From Tubulanus polymorphus (Eukaryota; Animalia; Nemertea), in the NCBI RefSeq assembly GCF_964204645.1, contig NC_134025.1, positions 24,594,299-24,658,298 of the forward strand: a stretch of DNA of 64,000 nucleotides. Reading direction: 5' to 3'. Both the position numbers and the translations under genes were made by a program. A model generated the notes under the pieces. It searched no databases. It was not told where the DNA came from and was given only the letters and a program-made list of their open reading frames with translations. This document shows, piece by piece, positions 39,733 through 53,700 of this stretch; positions within the stretch are counted from its first letter, which is position 1; the number at the start of each line of letters is the position of its first letter.

Positions 39733-40014
39733 CTTTTAAACCAGAGGCGGTCAACGGTTATAAATTCGATGAAATTCGACAAAATTAATCGTATAACATG
39801 TAAAATGGCGGATCTGTAATGACGTTTCCCACAATTCAGTTCGCAAAAAGCGGGTTCGAATCCCGATTTAATTTACAGTCCGATTCTTAGTCCGTATTTG
39901 TCCGGTCAGATGTCCGTCGTAACTAGGGAAGCTACATAAACTGGTATTCGATCAAAAAGAGATACGCTTGATGATCGATCCTTTTATTGCCTAAAGAAGA
40001 CAACACATCCAGAA
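39733..40014. promoter_or_regulatory. Putative bidirectional promoter of PPP6R3 and PPP1R32/SAXO4
   Basis: Divergent 5'UTR donors (minus-strand AAG|gtgagt at 39732; plus-strand GAA|gtaagg at 40015), a YY1-like AAAATGGCGG at ~39802, and a palindromic B-box-like GGGTTCGAATCCC at ~39852. Confidence 0.55.
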
Positions 40015-40260
40015 GTAAGGATACCGTCTTAAAAAAGAATCATCTGTCGAGAAGGTCATCATTTAAAGTAACATTACATTGTCGAATCTAAAAATACAGT
40101 AAGATTCCCAACTTTTTTGATTTTAGAAATTTTTTGTGTGATGTGGTATTGGTAATGATCAGATAGGTTGGGTGGTGTCATCCAGTCAATATCAGTTTGT
40201 TTTGATGTGGTTGTATATTTATTGGATAGATATTTAACTGGAAAAATATTTTTTCTTCAG

Positions 40261-43200
40261 ATGGGGCGACTTCCTTATGGAACCAGAAATGCTCATGTCA
40301 ATGCCAGCTATGGAGCTGATTCGAATATCATGAAATTCTATTGTACACAAAATGGTACAACTTATGGACGAAGCTGGCAAAAGTTCCAGCCTAGAAAAGG
40401 CAAACACACCGGCACTGGATACCTGTCAAATTTCCGGCCTGGTGTTTACTATAGCCAGAGATTAGATGAATTGGACAACCCAGCAATGGGGTATGTAGAA
40501 TTAACTTTATTCCAAACTTCGTACCTGAAATCCGTACCTGGGGGTTGACATTTTTCTTATGATTATAGGCGTATTGTGGCCAAAAATTATCTCTCCATTA
40601 CCAAAAAACATTTTCTGCCTTATGCTGGCGCGGATGGTAAAGAACCATTACCCAATTCTGTGCACCAAGTGGAAAGTGGATTCATTCGTGAGAAACCTAT
40701 CACAAATCCTACCAGCAAAGAGGTAAAAATCTTATTCTTATCTTTCAACTAATGAATGAAATGTATCAAGAAAATAAGTTCAATGATTGATTGTAATTCT
40801 TTTGTACTGCTTAGTGAATCTCATTGTGTTTACATTATTTTCTGTTTGATAATCTACTCTAGAGTCAAGAGTCAATAAAGTTTTACAATCAAGAGCAGTA
40901 AATTGCAAATACAGACAGATCTTTAACGAAAGTATTATGATAATATTTACATACTATACTAGGAAATTACTCTTGAATATAACAACACTGTCTACTATTT
41001 ACTTATACTACAGTTGGCTAGACAGTGTCCTACACTCAGTTCTGGCTCACCTGTTCTGTAGTTAGCTATTTCATGGTATAAAATAAGTTTGTATCGAAAA
41101 AGATACGAAATGGCTGAAATGACTGGCATTAGGTCAGGTCGTCTAGAAATTTTCCTTCTAATAAGATCATATATTTATATCCCCTTTATCTAACAAAATC
41201 ATATATTTACGTCGAAATCATATGTTACATATACTGATAATCATATAAAGTTATAACTTATTGGTCTTGCAATTATCCATAGTGCACTTATATTCCTAAC
41301 TAACCATGCATTGTTTAAACAGGTTAAAAACACATTCATCGACACAAGAATTGCCTCAGCGCCAGCAAATATATTGCCAAGAGCTAAACCGTTATTACAC
41401 AAATTACAGGGAAAAGACCCTGTAGAAGCGGAGCATGGTGGCTTTGTAAGTTATTCAAAATGATGTCACTAAATTTCATGATCTTGTATTTTTATTTTCT
41501 TGGAAGAGTATTCAATTTTTGAGAGGTTTGAAATTTTCATATTCAAAGATCCCTAGAATTATTGTATAAGCTGTATAATTCAACTATAATATATCATAGA
41601 ACTAACAAGGAAATTATATGTATCTAATCCTCCCTCTTAGTGTGCTCTATATCTTATTTTTATACTGCTAATGGGAATATTCCTCACTACATGAAATTCC
41701 ATTCTCAGCTCAGATTTCCTATTTTTAGGGCCCGGGATTTATGACAACTGAGACACATGAAAAATTCCAAGGAAAACCAAGTGTACGAAGTAAGCATTAG
41801 TTTACCATTCAGTAGTATATAGGCCTAGTTTAAAGAACTTGAACTTGGAATTTTGTATTTTGATGTTTTCTTTAACTCTAGTGGATGTATCTAGAAAAAC
41901 TGTCGGTCCGAATGAAGAGACAGGATTTACTCATGCTTCTAATGTAGAACCGATTACGTTCCAACCAAATTCACCTTTTAAAGGAGATTTGCCTGTAAGT
42001 TCTACCGGTATTTTACCTCTCATTTTTGATAGTCTTAGATTTTCATATGAAATATTGATCTATGAATCAACGTACGGTACTTTTGATTTTTTCCAGGGCT
42101 GGTATACTCACCGTCCAACTGGTATCAGCATAATGAAAACTGCCTTTGTACCATTTGAATATGCTCATGTAAGTAGAGTGAAATAGTGGATTTAGAAAAA
42201 TTTCAAACATCTAGTTTGTGAACTTCATCATTCTTCATTGAAATCACTTTAATACCATTTCTGTGTAGGTAATATCCAACTGATTTAACACAATATTTTT
42301 GTTATTTCAGGGTGCAGAAGCCTTACCAATGATCGCAAATCGATCTGATCATGACACCGGATTCACAAGGGGAACTAAAGCTCTGCCAGTATATGTGAAT
42401 AGAGTTATGTCAGATGTAAGTTGATGAATATGCAGTCTTAGCTGTGTGACACTTTTTGAGGAATTCTTTCCATTTTAACCATTGTTACAATGATTAACTA
42501 TATTGTAGGCTTATGATAAAGCATCAGATATGCCGTCCCAAAGAGTAAATGCATTGAAAAAGAAAGACCCTGCGGAATATATGAATGCGGTCCATCCTGA
42601 TAACTATTCTAGGTATGCTGTTCATTCAGTTCTTTCTGTTTGACTGATGTTTAATCTCTCAGTGAAATTGTAATGCATGTACATGTGAAATTTTGCAGCA
42701 TTCACATGAACAGCTTCAAAGGTCAGCAGCGTCCGGGCTTATCCGAGTCCGATCAACTCGACAGAACAAATGTTGGAACGAAAGAACCCTCTGGTTATTG
42801 TGAAAATAATGATCGATATATTCCAGTACCAGACAGCTCTAAACGATTTATTACTCACTACTCAACTAGGTAAGTTAATATTACTTTCAATTTCTTTTTT
42901 TGTTTAGATCCATCAAGCCTGATATATTTTCAGTTGCATGTTTTCTATTTATCAGGTATTGGGATAAAAACCCTCATGGTAAGGAAAGGGAGGGACATTG
43001 TCGCGGAGGTGTACAAAAACTGTTGCCGGATGGATTCACAAAGAGCACGAAAGTTCATTCACTTGGAGATGAAGTAAACAGCACTGAAACTTTGCGAAAT
43101 CTGGAACCATATGTGGCCAGGTAAGCTGTTGATCCTAAAAGACTTTGTATATAGATATAGGATATACTGGTACAACATTGGACAACAATATTGGAGAAAT

Positions 43201-43862
43201 AGGGTTGTTGTACTGAATTATGATATTTCATGAGAAATGGTAAAGAATATCTCGAAAACTACCCTTCGACTCCTTGCTTCCTTCTAAATGAAAAATGCTT
43301 TTCAAGGTGTTTACAACTGGTTTGATTTGAGCAAATTTCCTGAAACTTCTTCAAAACTCCTTCAATTTTGGTAAAAAGGCAATTATAATTTTTTGTCCAG
43401 TTAGTAGTTGTACAGAAGACTACGCCTTAATCGTACTCTTGTGACCTGGATCTCTTATACCCAATTAGGCGGTTACTGAATTAGAAACCAAGTTTAGGTA
43501 GTGTATGGGATAAACATTTCCTTACAAAACCACAGAAATAATTGTTTTACCAGAGAAACAGTACTGATTTTGGAGGAGTCTACTGTAATTGGGATATAAA
43601 AGTGATGCAGACACTTCCTCGAAATTTGAAATTTGTTCCTCTAAAACACCTTATATCCAGGAATGGCTGATCTGTAGGGACCCTGATACTTGTCATCATT
43701 TATCTTTTTAGTTAATATATCAACATAATTGAATTTTTTTCTTCATGTAGGAGTATTAAAGCACGCGATCCATTCTTTGACGATCACTTGTATGACAGTA
43801 AGTACCACAGCGGTGCACAAATCCCCATTCCAAATATAACCAGGCAGATGACGGTTGCATAA
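40261..43862 (+). CDS. PPP1R32: Stabilizer of axonemal microtubules 4 / protein phosphatase 1 regulatory subunit 32 homolog (ciliary microtubule-inner protein), about 11 coding exons
   Basis: MGRLPYG...IMKFYCTQNGTTYG...HTGTGYLSNFRPGV...LDELDNPAMG, SRKTVGPNEETGFT, VGTKEPSGYCENN, LEPYVARSIKARDPFF match PPP1R32/SAXO4 as I recall it. Stop TAA at 43860-43862. Confidence 0.88.
43263..43685 (-). mobile_element. hAT-like MITE, copy 2 (inverted, diverged relative of 31822-32238)
   Basis: Ends CTTATATCCAGGAATGGCTGATCTGTAGGGACCCTG. 43270-43370 is reverse-complementary to ~32118-32222. Confidence 0.72.
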
Positions 43863-45770
43863 AGGATTGTTATCATCACATTCAACAAAGTGTTAAGAGT
43901 AATATAAAGATCAATGCATTTGCTAGGTCTATAAGTGTTTTATATGTGTACTCATGTACTTTTGTCGTACGCTGCATTATTAGAATTGTTAATCATCTCT
44001 TCTTCATTTTCGGACATTTGCCCAGTATGCAATTGTCATTTTCGAAATGATATTACCAGTATGTGAATATATTGAAAAATGATCATGTCATCTTTTGCGT
44101 ATGAAGAAGAACAAAATGAGGTACAGTAACCGATTCATGATTTGCAACGTGTGTGTTGCGTTGTTAGAAACTGAAACAAACTGTGATAACTAATAAAAAC
44201 ACTGCTGTAATGTGTGCATAAATTGTTATTAGTTGAGTAATATGGATCATTATTCCATATTGACAAATGAAATATCTGATGCAAAATTTCATAAATCAGT
44301 GATAGTCAACTTTTAAAGTGAGAAAATACTCAAAATTAAGTACATTGTACGATTGTTGTATAAACAAACAGGGTTTGTCCATTGTATACAGTATTTGAAA
44401 ATATAGTTTTGTTCTACACAGGTTGTTTATAGCGTCCTTTGGGACATTTTCTCATTTAAATTCTTTACACAAATTATGAGTTTTTTTATACATATTTTTA
44501 AATCATGAATTTGTTGATCATAATTCAATGATTTATAGATTTTCTGATGATTTTAATCTGTAGTTTATCGTAAATTGTTTGCTTCATTTTAATTTGTATT
44601 AAGAAATATCTATTTCACTGTTGGTTGGTCGGTTGAATGTATTTTCAGCGAATTGTGATAAAGAAATTATTCATATTTCTGATATATTTATGTTTATATG
44701 TAAATAGTTGATCTACTGTTGATGTATATTTCTACGCATGCTGGTTGTACTCTGTGATTTTGATTTTTGATAATTGTTGTTATATTATGATTTGTAAAAG
44801 AGTATGCATTGCGGTTGGACCCCAGTTCATGATTAAGTACCGGCATTGAAAACATGAACTATCCTGAAATTTGATTTTATCTTATTCATCAAACTGGGCT
44901 CCACATTTTCATTTTAAATGAAAAGTCCATTTTGAATGTTATATATAATAATCCCATTCACGTAATCAAGTGTTTGCTGTGTATTGCTTATCTGTTTGTC
45001 TTTTATACTAATCACACAATTGCAAGAAAATCATTTGGATTAAATTTCAACAGATCATTTCTTTTTTATTATATTTTTCATACCACCAAATACTCTAATG
45101 AGGCTAAAAATATTGATACCTTGTTTCTCATTTCTGCTGAGCTTATAAATTGACCTGGCCGGCCGCCTATCTACTCTAAAAAATAACTGGATTACAAATT
45201 TCATTACTCCTTCAAAATGACCTGGCCGATTAGGAGAAAACAAGGCATCATTCTTTTTTAGCCTAACAAATATTCAATTTACATTCGTGTTGCATGAATT
45301 TTATTTTAACATTTTGGACATTAAAATGATATACATAAACAAAAATGAATGAATCTAGCTTGAACTGAACTGTGATATATCATAATTGTGATTTATTTTA
45401 TTGTTCATACAAATGATTATCTTAATATACAGTTAATGATTATATATAAGTACTGCTGCAACGAATATATTTAAGTGTCTCAATTGAAAGAATAAAAATA
45501 TCAAAACAACTACACATGCATGAATCGTTTTTTGTCCGTGAAGGATGAAGTTTTAATTCTACATGTAATTGATTACATCTAATCACTGATCTGACAGACA
45601 TGTTACAAGAGACGTCTCAATTGAGGTTGGTCTCTTCCCACATGTCCTATGCCCTGACCAATTCATGATAATTAGACTACTATCAACACCTAAGTAACAA
45701 TTATGATGACTTCTGCAAGGAGTAACTCTCGAGCACGTACAGTAATAAGATTTCGAATCCTAAACCGGAT

Positions 45771-46772
45771 TCATCTCCAGCCGTTGGTTCCATCCCATCC
45801 ACCACTTCCGGAGCCACTTCCAGAGCCAGTTCCAGAGCCACTACCAGATCCTTCAGAGTGTTCGCAAAATTGCCCATAAAATGACAACTGGCAGAAGCAA
45901 GTTACATCATCTGCTGGCATTCCACCATTTTGACAAACTATGAGTTGGCAATGAGATCCAGTCCAATCTGGTGTGCAGTCACATCCAGAGCCATTTGAAA
46001 CCAGCTTTCCTCCATTCAAACATTTGCGAATTGTGCAATGCTGGCCAGTCCACGTATGTGTGCAAAAGCAGGTACTATCAGATAAGTGGACCCCGCCATT
46101 CATGCAATCAGCTTCATCACATTTAATTCCCTTTCGCCCTGTTGGGCATTTACACAATCCATCATCCATCTTAACTTTGCCTTCATCACACCCCTGTGAA
46201 TGTGAATTGAAGAGTAAACATATTTCTGCCAGATAAGCTTACAAAATTATTGCCTTGGTCAACAAGAGGGTAATCGGAGAAAAATAAGAAATTCATTTGA
46301 GATCTTGAACTTTTATAATATCCAATCAAAAAATAAATTACTATTTGGACCATAATTATTAGTTCTAGGTCATACCCATAGAGCTAGAGTGGGAACTTCT
46401 TAAATGGCGTTTCCTCGATCCTTCAAGAAATCCTTTGAAATTGTAGAAAGGTATTTAGAGAATACCAATGTGTACTGTAACACATTGACTTACCCTCGAA
46501 TAATAATTCCAGCCTATAGTGTCATTTAGGTCTGCACAATTCATCATATCCCTATCTAAGAGCCGACAGTTGTAGTTATTAGTTATCAGAGGATTGTAAT
46601 TAAATGATTTACACTTATCGATGCATTCCATCATACATTCCAGTACACTTTCAACACGAGTTTCATAATAGAAAACTGTCATTGCCTTGTTTGGGCAAAC
46701 ACTAAACCATAAAGCACGCGCAAGTCCAAAAGTGCAACACAGAAGCAGAATAGTTCCCATACGGTTTAACAT
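45771..46772 (-). CDS. Secreted PAN/apple + EGF-like repeat protein with a Ser-Gly tail (233 aa). Exons 46772-46494, 46193-45771
   Basis: Signal peptide MLNRMGTILLLCCTFGLARA. PAN pattern SVLECMMECIDKCKSFNY...CRL...GWNYY. Phase-0 intron. Four EGF-like units (CxNGG...CxC..W/YxGxxC). Tail EGSGSGSGTGSGSGSGSGG. Confidence 0.85.
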
Positions 46773-47711
46773 ATTTTCTAATAATTCGGCTCCTCGGGCT
46801 CCTGAGCTGAGAGCTTTTTAGGCTCAGATGAAATATATTATTCCAAACTGAGTTCCAACTATCTTTGCCAGGGATTTACGGACCAGATAATGAGTTCACG
46901 ATTAATGGACTGTTCTAGCTAATGACATTGCTAATATCATAAACTATCAATTTGATTGCATCGTTACAGATCAGCCATTCAGGTGAGACTCCTATCGCAT
47001 TCACACTCAGCTTAATGAGTATCCATAATGCATGTTGACACCAAACGCAATTGTCATCCACAATCGTCTGCACAACGGCCTAATGTAGCAATCCGAATCA
47101 TATTAGAGCCATCAACGTCCAACTTTTAAATGACCCTCAGATATAAACTGAAATTGAAAACTCGCTTTTGGAAAAATAGATTTATTTACGATTCAATTAA
47201 AAACCAACTCCATGAATATAACAATTTGACATATATTGTATAATACATAGCTAATGAGCACCAGATGCTGCTGGCACTGCAATCTTGATACAAAGATTTT
47301 TCAGTTTAAATCATTGAAAATACTATTACAGCGAAGAATTAAAACGCATTATTCTTTAATTAATTAAAGTAACTACCAAAGGTTCTAAGATTATAGTCAA
47401 ATAATGAAATTATATTATATGAGTGTCTGAGTAAGAAAATAGAACTTCTGTACTAATGGCAGTAAGAGACCTCTAGTTTTAATAGTTGAAACTTAAAAAA
47501 CTAGTTTTTATAAGTACATTCATCAAATGGGATTTTCACTTTATCGAAACGTAATCAATTGAACAACATAATGACATTTTTCCTAAGAATGGCAGTCATC
47601 AGAACTTGCATACCGGGTCATTTTCATACCGTAATCAATTATCTACAATGTTTTAGCACATTAATTAATCAAGAGCTAAATACATATTTTTGTAATAGAA
47701 AACATGTATGC

Positions 47712-50700
47712 TTAATGTCTATGCTGTTGAGTGGCAGCCCAGGTAGGGGAAGCCATGACTGATGAAACCCGTTCTACTGTTATGCATTCATCTTTTCTAT
47801 CCTGAGCTTTATACTGTATTAACAACTCCTGCATAGCTTGCTCTTCAATCTAATTAAACAAAACAAAACAAGTTTTCTTATATAAAATGACTGTAAAAAC
47901 TATTTCTGACCAAGGTTGATAGTTCCAAATCTTAGTCTACTCATGGACTCTTAAAACAAAATCGTTTAAGAGTCTATGGTCTGCTGAACCTGACAGGAAA
48001 TACAACACAAACCCACTACCAGCTAGCAAGATAAGCATTCAGAATGTAGCATTATGTAACCTCACCTGAATAAGTGACAGTGGCTTATTCATGTTTCTGT
48101 CCATGTTCTCTTTCATGGCCATCTCATCTTTAATTATCTCGGCAAAATTAACCAGAGCACTGTGCGAACTTGGACAAGGTTTCGTCTGGGCTAGATTCCA
48201 TGGATTATCCGGTGTAGAAATGATAGCTTGCACATCATTCGATGAAGCAGCAGCAGTCTTTTTTGTAAACTGGCTCATTGGTAAGCCCCAACTGTGGGTA
48301 GAGAAAATGATAGGTACATCATCTATGAACAAAGACGCTTGTAGATCGTCAGAATGATCTAATACTATGTACATATATACAAATGTATGTACATCCACTA
48401 ATAACGATACCTTAATTTAGTATCTCCACCACCTTCCGTAGTACCAGATGAAGTACCGGTAATGGACATTGAAGCTTTTTCCTTCTTGCATTTCTCTTCT
48501 GCGTCCATGACATCTTTCAATGATGGAACAGGAGGTGAAGTCACTGCAGGTATGGCTGGTGCACCCCTATAAGTTCAATACATGTATACTTTTCCTTTCA
48601 TTTCAGTTCAACTCTTCATTCTATTCTGAACTGTCAAAACTAAACATACCATGGACAGAATGTTCTCGGTTTTAAAATTTCATTTTCTGCAGTTTGTATT
48701 TCTGTATCAGAATGTTGGAATAGTTGACGTTTTCGTTCTTTGTTTGACCGTTTTGACTTAATTTTAGCAGCAGATCTGCCAAGGATTTTTAAAGGATTAA
48801 AAGAAGCAAGATTGATTTAACATAAATTCGGAATGTCCGGAAGAAACCTATCAGCAATTTTAGTACCTTGGTTGTTTAGCTCTCGAGTCAGGAGATGTAT
48901 GTGTTGTTTCAGACTCATTTTCCATGATATCTCGCAACGAAATCAGTCCATTTCCTGAGTCAGGTGACGGTATATTCCAAATACTGTCAGCACTAGGTAA
49001 TATGGCTAAGTCAAACCATAATATAAAATCATTTGAGAGCGAGTTCAATACAGACATTTTTCAAGTACAAGGTAAATGAAAAGTTAAATTATGTTGTACT
49101 AGTACCTAATGGACTGGTTGGAGTATTAAGTGATGATTGCACAGAATCCTGTCTTTCTGGTACATGAAATTCCTGATTTATGGAGAAAAAAATATGATTG
49201 AAAAAAATTCAGAAAAAAACTTTTTCACCGCTTTTCTGTTTCAAAAACAATACAAGTTTCATGTTCTGAGTTACATCATCAACAACAATTGAATTACCTG
49301 TACTGTTTCTGGTAATTCATCAGATATCTGTGATTGTAGCATATGCACTTGTTTCTCAGCGGAATTTATTGTCGCTGGTTTATCTTCTGTGATACTTTTA
49401 GACTGACTTCGTCGTCTGCGTCGCTTTTTTGCGGAATCATCCTGTTTCGGAGGAACGGTGAATGAGAAATCGAGATCTGATGAAGAAAATACCTCCTCGC
49501 AAGCTTCGAGCGTCGTCATATCGGGATTTTCGTGCCATGGTGTGATGAATCGACGTGACATTCCTTTAACCTAATTTGGAAATTAGAAAAACACTTATCA
49601 TATATTCATTAATTTAAAGAAATATATTTAGTGATTCAACATTTCATCGACACCATTTTCTTTTTATCACAATAGTCCCAAACGTATGATACTATTAAAC
49701 AAATTGTAGGCAGCACACTATACACGACAACCATGGCAATTAACAATGGTTCACAGCATTGTACAGGGGCCTGCTGTAGTTTAAATAATCTCACCCATTT
49801 CTTATAATAACTGACTAGGGAATCCATTACTTCGTCGGACAGCACATCTAAACAGCTAGAAAGATAACAAAGTATTTTTTGGTTGAAATGAAGAGTATTT
49901 CATATAGTTTTGTTTGTAAGGGGGATCTGAGGTTCAATGTACATAACATACCGGTTTTCTAATTGAGCAGCTAGATTTATACAGATATATTCTTGACATG
50001 AATGCTTGAGTTGACTTGCATTGTATAGGGATGCAAATTCCATTAACTCGGCAGCATTTTTCAAAGTCACTGTGAAATAGAACGAAGGTGTAACATGTAT
50101 ATGTGTGAAATCTTCCAACAGATGTAATAAATTACAGGTATCATGAATGAAGACTTTCTACATACCGCATATAGAATATATTTAATCAAAGATTTTGTAT
50201 AAATGAAACTATTATAAGCTAAATATACCGAATGGTACTTACAGGCTTGAGTAATGAGAGATTCACAAATCTCCTTCAATCTTGTCAGAAGAAGTTGGTC
50301 GGCTACAACCAAAACATTGCACAACAACTCCACTTCATCATGACCTAAGACAGAAGGAAATTTTCAATTACCGAAGAATGTATGCACAGTATATCTCAGT
50401 ATAACAGAACAGACCTTTGAGCAAATGACTAGAACATTCATCAGTATATAAGTAATCTATCACAATTTCCAGGGTACGTCCTGGGATGGGCAGTTTTAGC
50501 GTTTCGTTATTAGAACTCTGAAAGAATAAACAATTTCCATGATTGTAAAAATTGTCGTAGTATGGCAAAATTGGCTTGTTATCAATTACCTACCTCTCTC
50601 CAGCTGCCATATGCCAGCATACTGTTGAAATACTCAGAACGAGCGCACAAAACACACTTATGGCAATGAAGAATTACATCATCATCACAGACTATTTCCA

Positions 50701-53700
50701 CATCGCATAATCCAGACCTGTTTAAAGCAACGGTCGTTTAATTATCTAATGAATACACGCTTCACAATCTGGTGATTCACTAATCGAAATCAATAATGCT
50801 AAAATGAAAATATCTTCGAGGGATTCATGCACCAACATAAAGGTCTGGGTGTTTTAATAGGTTTAAAATTTACAGTATTTTTACAGTACTTACAGAATTT
50901 TTCGATCAAATTTAATATGTATTTTCGGTAGCAGACACTTGCCGCTTGGTTGAACACAATTATTCTGATATTTTACTGCTTCCAACCTGAAACATTCAAT
51001 TGGCAAATTAAATATTCTTTCAAAAAACATTTGAACCAAATCGAAATTCCTTTTAGGAATACGACTCACTTCTTCGTGAGAGACTTAATTCCATAATACT
51101 TCGCCGCTTCTTTAAGTAATACAATCGGGTTTTTCGAAGCGCTCACGCTTGAATTCTTCTCCTTTCTAACTGATGAAGTCTTTTTCAATTTTTCACGAAC
51201 TGCGAATGCTGATAGTTTTTCGAAATTCGCATCGATCACGTCATCAGCGAATCCGTTGCTAGAATTCTTGTTTGTCGGTGATTCACACATCGGTTTCGGT
51301 AGCGAAGTTTCGTCTAACATGAATTTTGTTCCGACGGTCAACAGCTCACATGTGTCGGTGTAAAGAAATTTCAACACTTCCGCGAATATTTTTGGCAACG
51401 TATTTTCCACAGTGACACGAGAAATGTCTTTTCTAATAGCACCGGATTGATCGGTGAATATCTGTTGAAAGTATGTGCTCCGAGATGCGAGTATATATTT
51501 ATGGGCTGGTTTTCGTTGATTTCCAAACTGTGTAAGAAATACGGTAACATGCGAAGTGACGGTATTGATTTAGAAATTAGTTAAAAAATCCATAATAAGT
51601 CATTTTACAAACCTCTAATATCACATCGTGAATCATATCGAGTTCATCGGACACATCGAAAAGTGAAATGAAATGATGGTTTATTAAAGATTGCGACACC
51701 TCAGGAATCTGAGTTAGACTGAAAATCAAAAGTACTGAATTAAAGTTAATTCTTTATTCATTATTAAAACAATCGGTTCAGAATCTGAACTGACCAAGAA
51801 TTAGGCTGAGCTTGCGTGACGATGAAATTATGACCTTTTGGGTCACATGTAATATTTATTGCTCGGTGAAGTCCAGGTATTCGAGTTATCTGAACATCTT
51901 CTACATCAGCCTTTTCCAGTAAGTCTAACAATGACATCGAAGAAAATGAGTCTGAAATTCCCTGCTCTGAAAGAAATTTCGATCATTAAATACACAATCT
52001 CAGATCTTAGGTTACATCTCAATTGTTACTTATCTAATTGTGACAGAAACATAGAAAATACTGGGGCATTATGATGATGAGTCTCTTACCGGTTGGCTTA
52101 GGTGCTTTAGAAACTGATGACTTTTTCTGTTTAGGTAACTTGCCAATGAATCCAGCACCATCTTTCGTTGTTATAGCAAAGCCGTGAGTACTGAGCGCAA
52201 CATCCTGAATGTACAAGTCACGCTTTATTGACCACAATAACCGACAAAGCGTCGGCCGTGCCTCCGTCCAAAGGAAAACCTAGTGAGACATACATATTTT
52301 AATATACCTGGTACATAGCCAACTTCTTCGCGATACTAGTAAGAAAGTATTCCATACCCTGTCGGATGAATCTAACAGTATAATCACTAGCTGACTTCCA
52401 CCTTGTTCACGAAGGATATCTATGTCTGATCTGTGATCTAACTGGCCACCCATCACTAAAATCTTTCTTACATCATGCCATCTGAAAAACCACCGGAAAG
52501 TCAGGAGAATACAAAAACACTGTTAGTAAACTCACCGCTAAGTGAATAACATCTTTTGGCTTACTTCGATGTTATTTTTCTGCATAGGTACTCATGCAGT
52601 ACATACAAATTTCCATCAGACGTCAGAAAGACAGTCGCTGCATTGCTGCATGCCGCCATCTTGGTTGAATGATTTAATGCCGATACAATACGAGGCTGGG
52701 TAACCAGACGTTCTTCTTTCTGGTGACCTAAAACATTATGATTACGATATGAAGTTTCTTGCGAATTTTTCCACTGCAGCAAATTAGGCAGAAACAGTTT
52801 CTCAGTGTACCATACCTAACTGTCCAGCATTTAAACCAAATGTATATACATTTGAACTTGTATAAAAGAATGTGTGAAATCGACCAGCACCGATACCAAT
52901 AATGGGTGTTTTAAGCATTTTTAATCGAAGCTGAAGAAGAGAAGATCCAGTATTGTAGACAGCATTGACAACTAATAGCCTTATCTGACAAACAATATGT
53001 AACCGTACTTACTGGTTTTGGGGAAAGCAATTCATTTGGGGCCGGGGTATGGCCTAGTTGATGGTTCTCATTCATACCACATGTATACACCAAATTACTG
53101 TAAAAACACATACACAAAAATTCATAAATCAACATATAGATCTAGTTCTTTTTATAAAGGCCATTTTTAGATAAACCCTTGGGTGAGCTCAACTAAGGAA
53201 TTTGAATCATAGTTAAAACTGGGCTATACAATGGGCCCTAGCCTTTAAAATCCATCTGCTCAGAACATCATATATCAGTATGTCTATTAATAACGAACAA
53301 ACCTTTCCATGAGGAAAACACTATGATCTCGTCCGGCAGCGATGGCCACACATTTCTCATGCTGTATCGATTTAATGCATTTTGGAAGCTACAAAAAACA
53401 TTGGTGTAGGCTATAAGACATGTGTTGGGATAAGAAAAGTTGCAAAAATCTCAATCATTTTCTGTGGGCAGATTGATGGGTTTAGTTTTTCTGGACATAC
53501 CACTTGAGTTAATTCATCACCATGACCAAGACGACCACCACGACCGTGACCACAAGTATACACCTTACCATCACTGCTCAGAAATACGCTGTGATATTTG
53601 CTCATGACAACCTAAAATATTCAAATCATAGAGGCTCAGAACAAATAGCTTAAATATATCCGTGTGACACGGCCCCTTGCATCTTGGTTGGGTCGACTTA

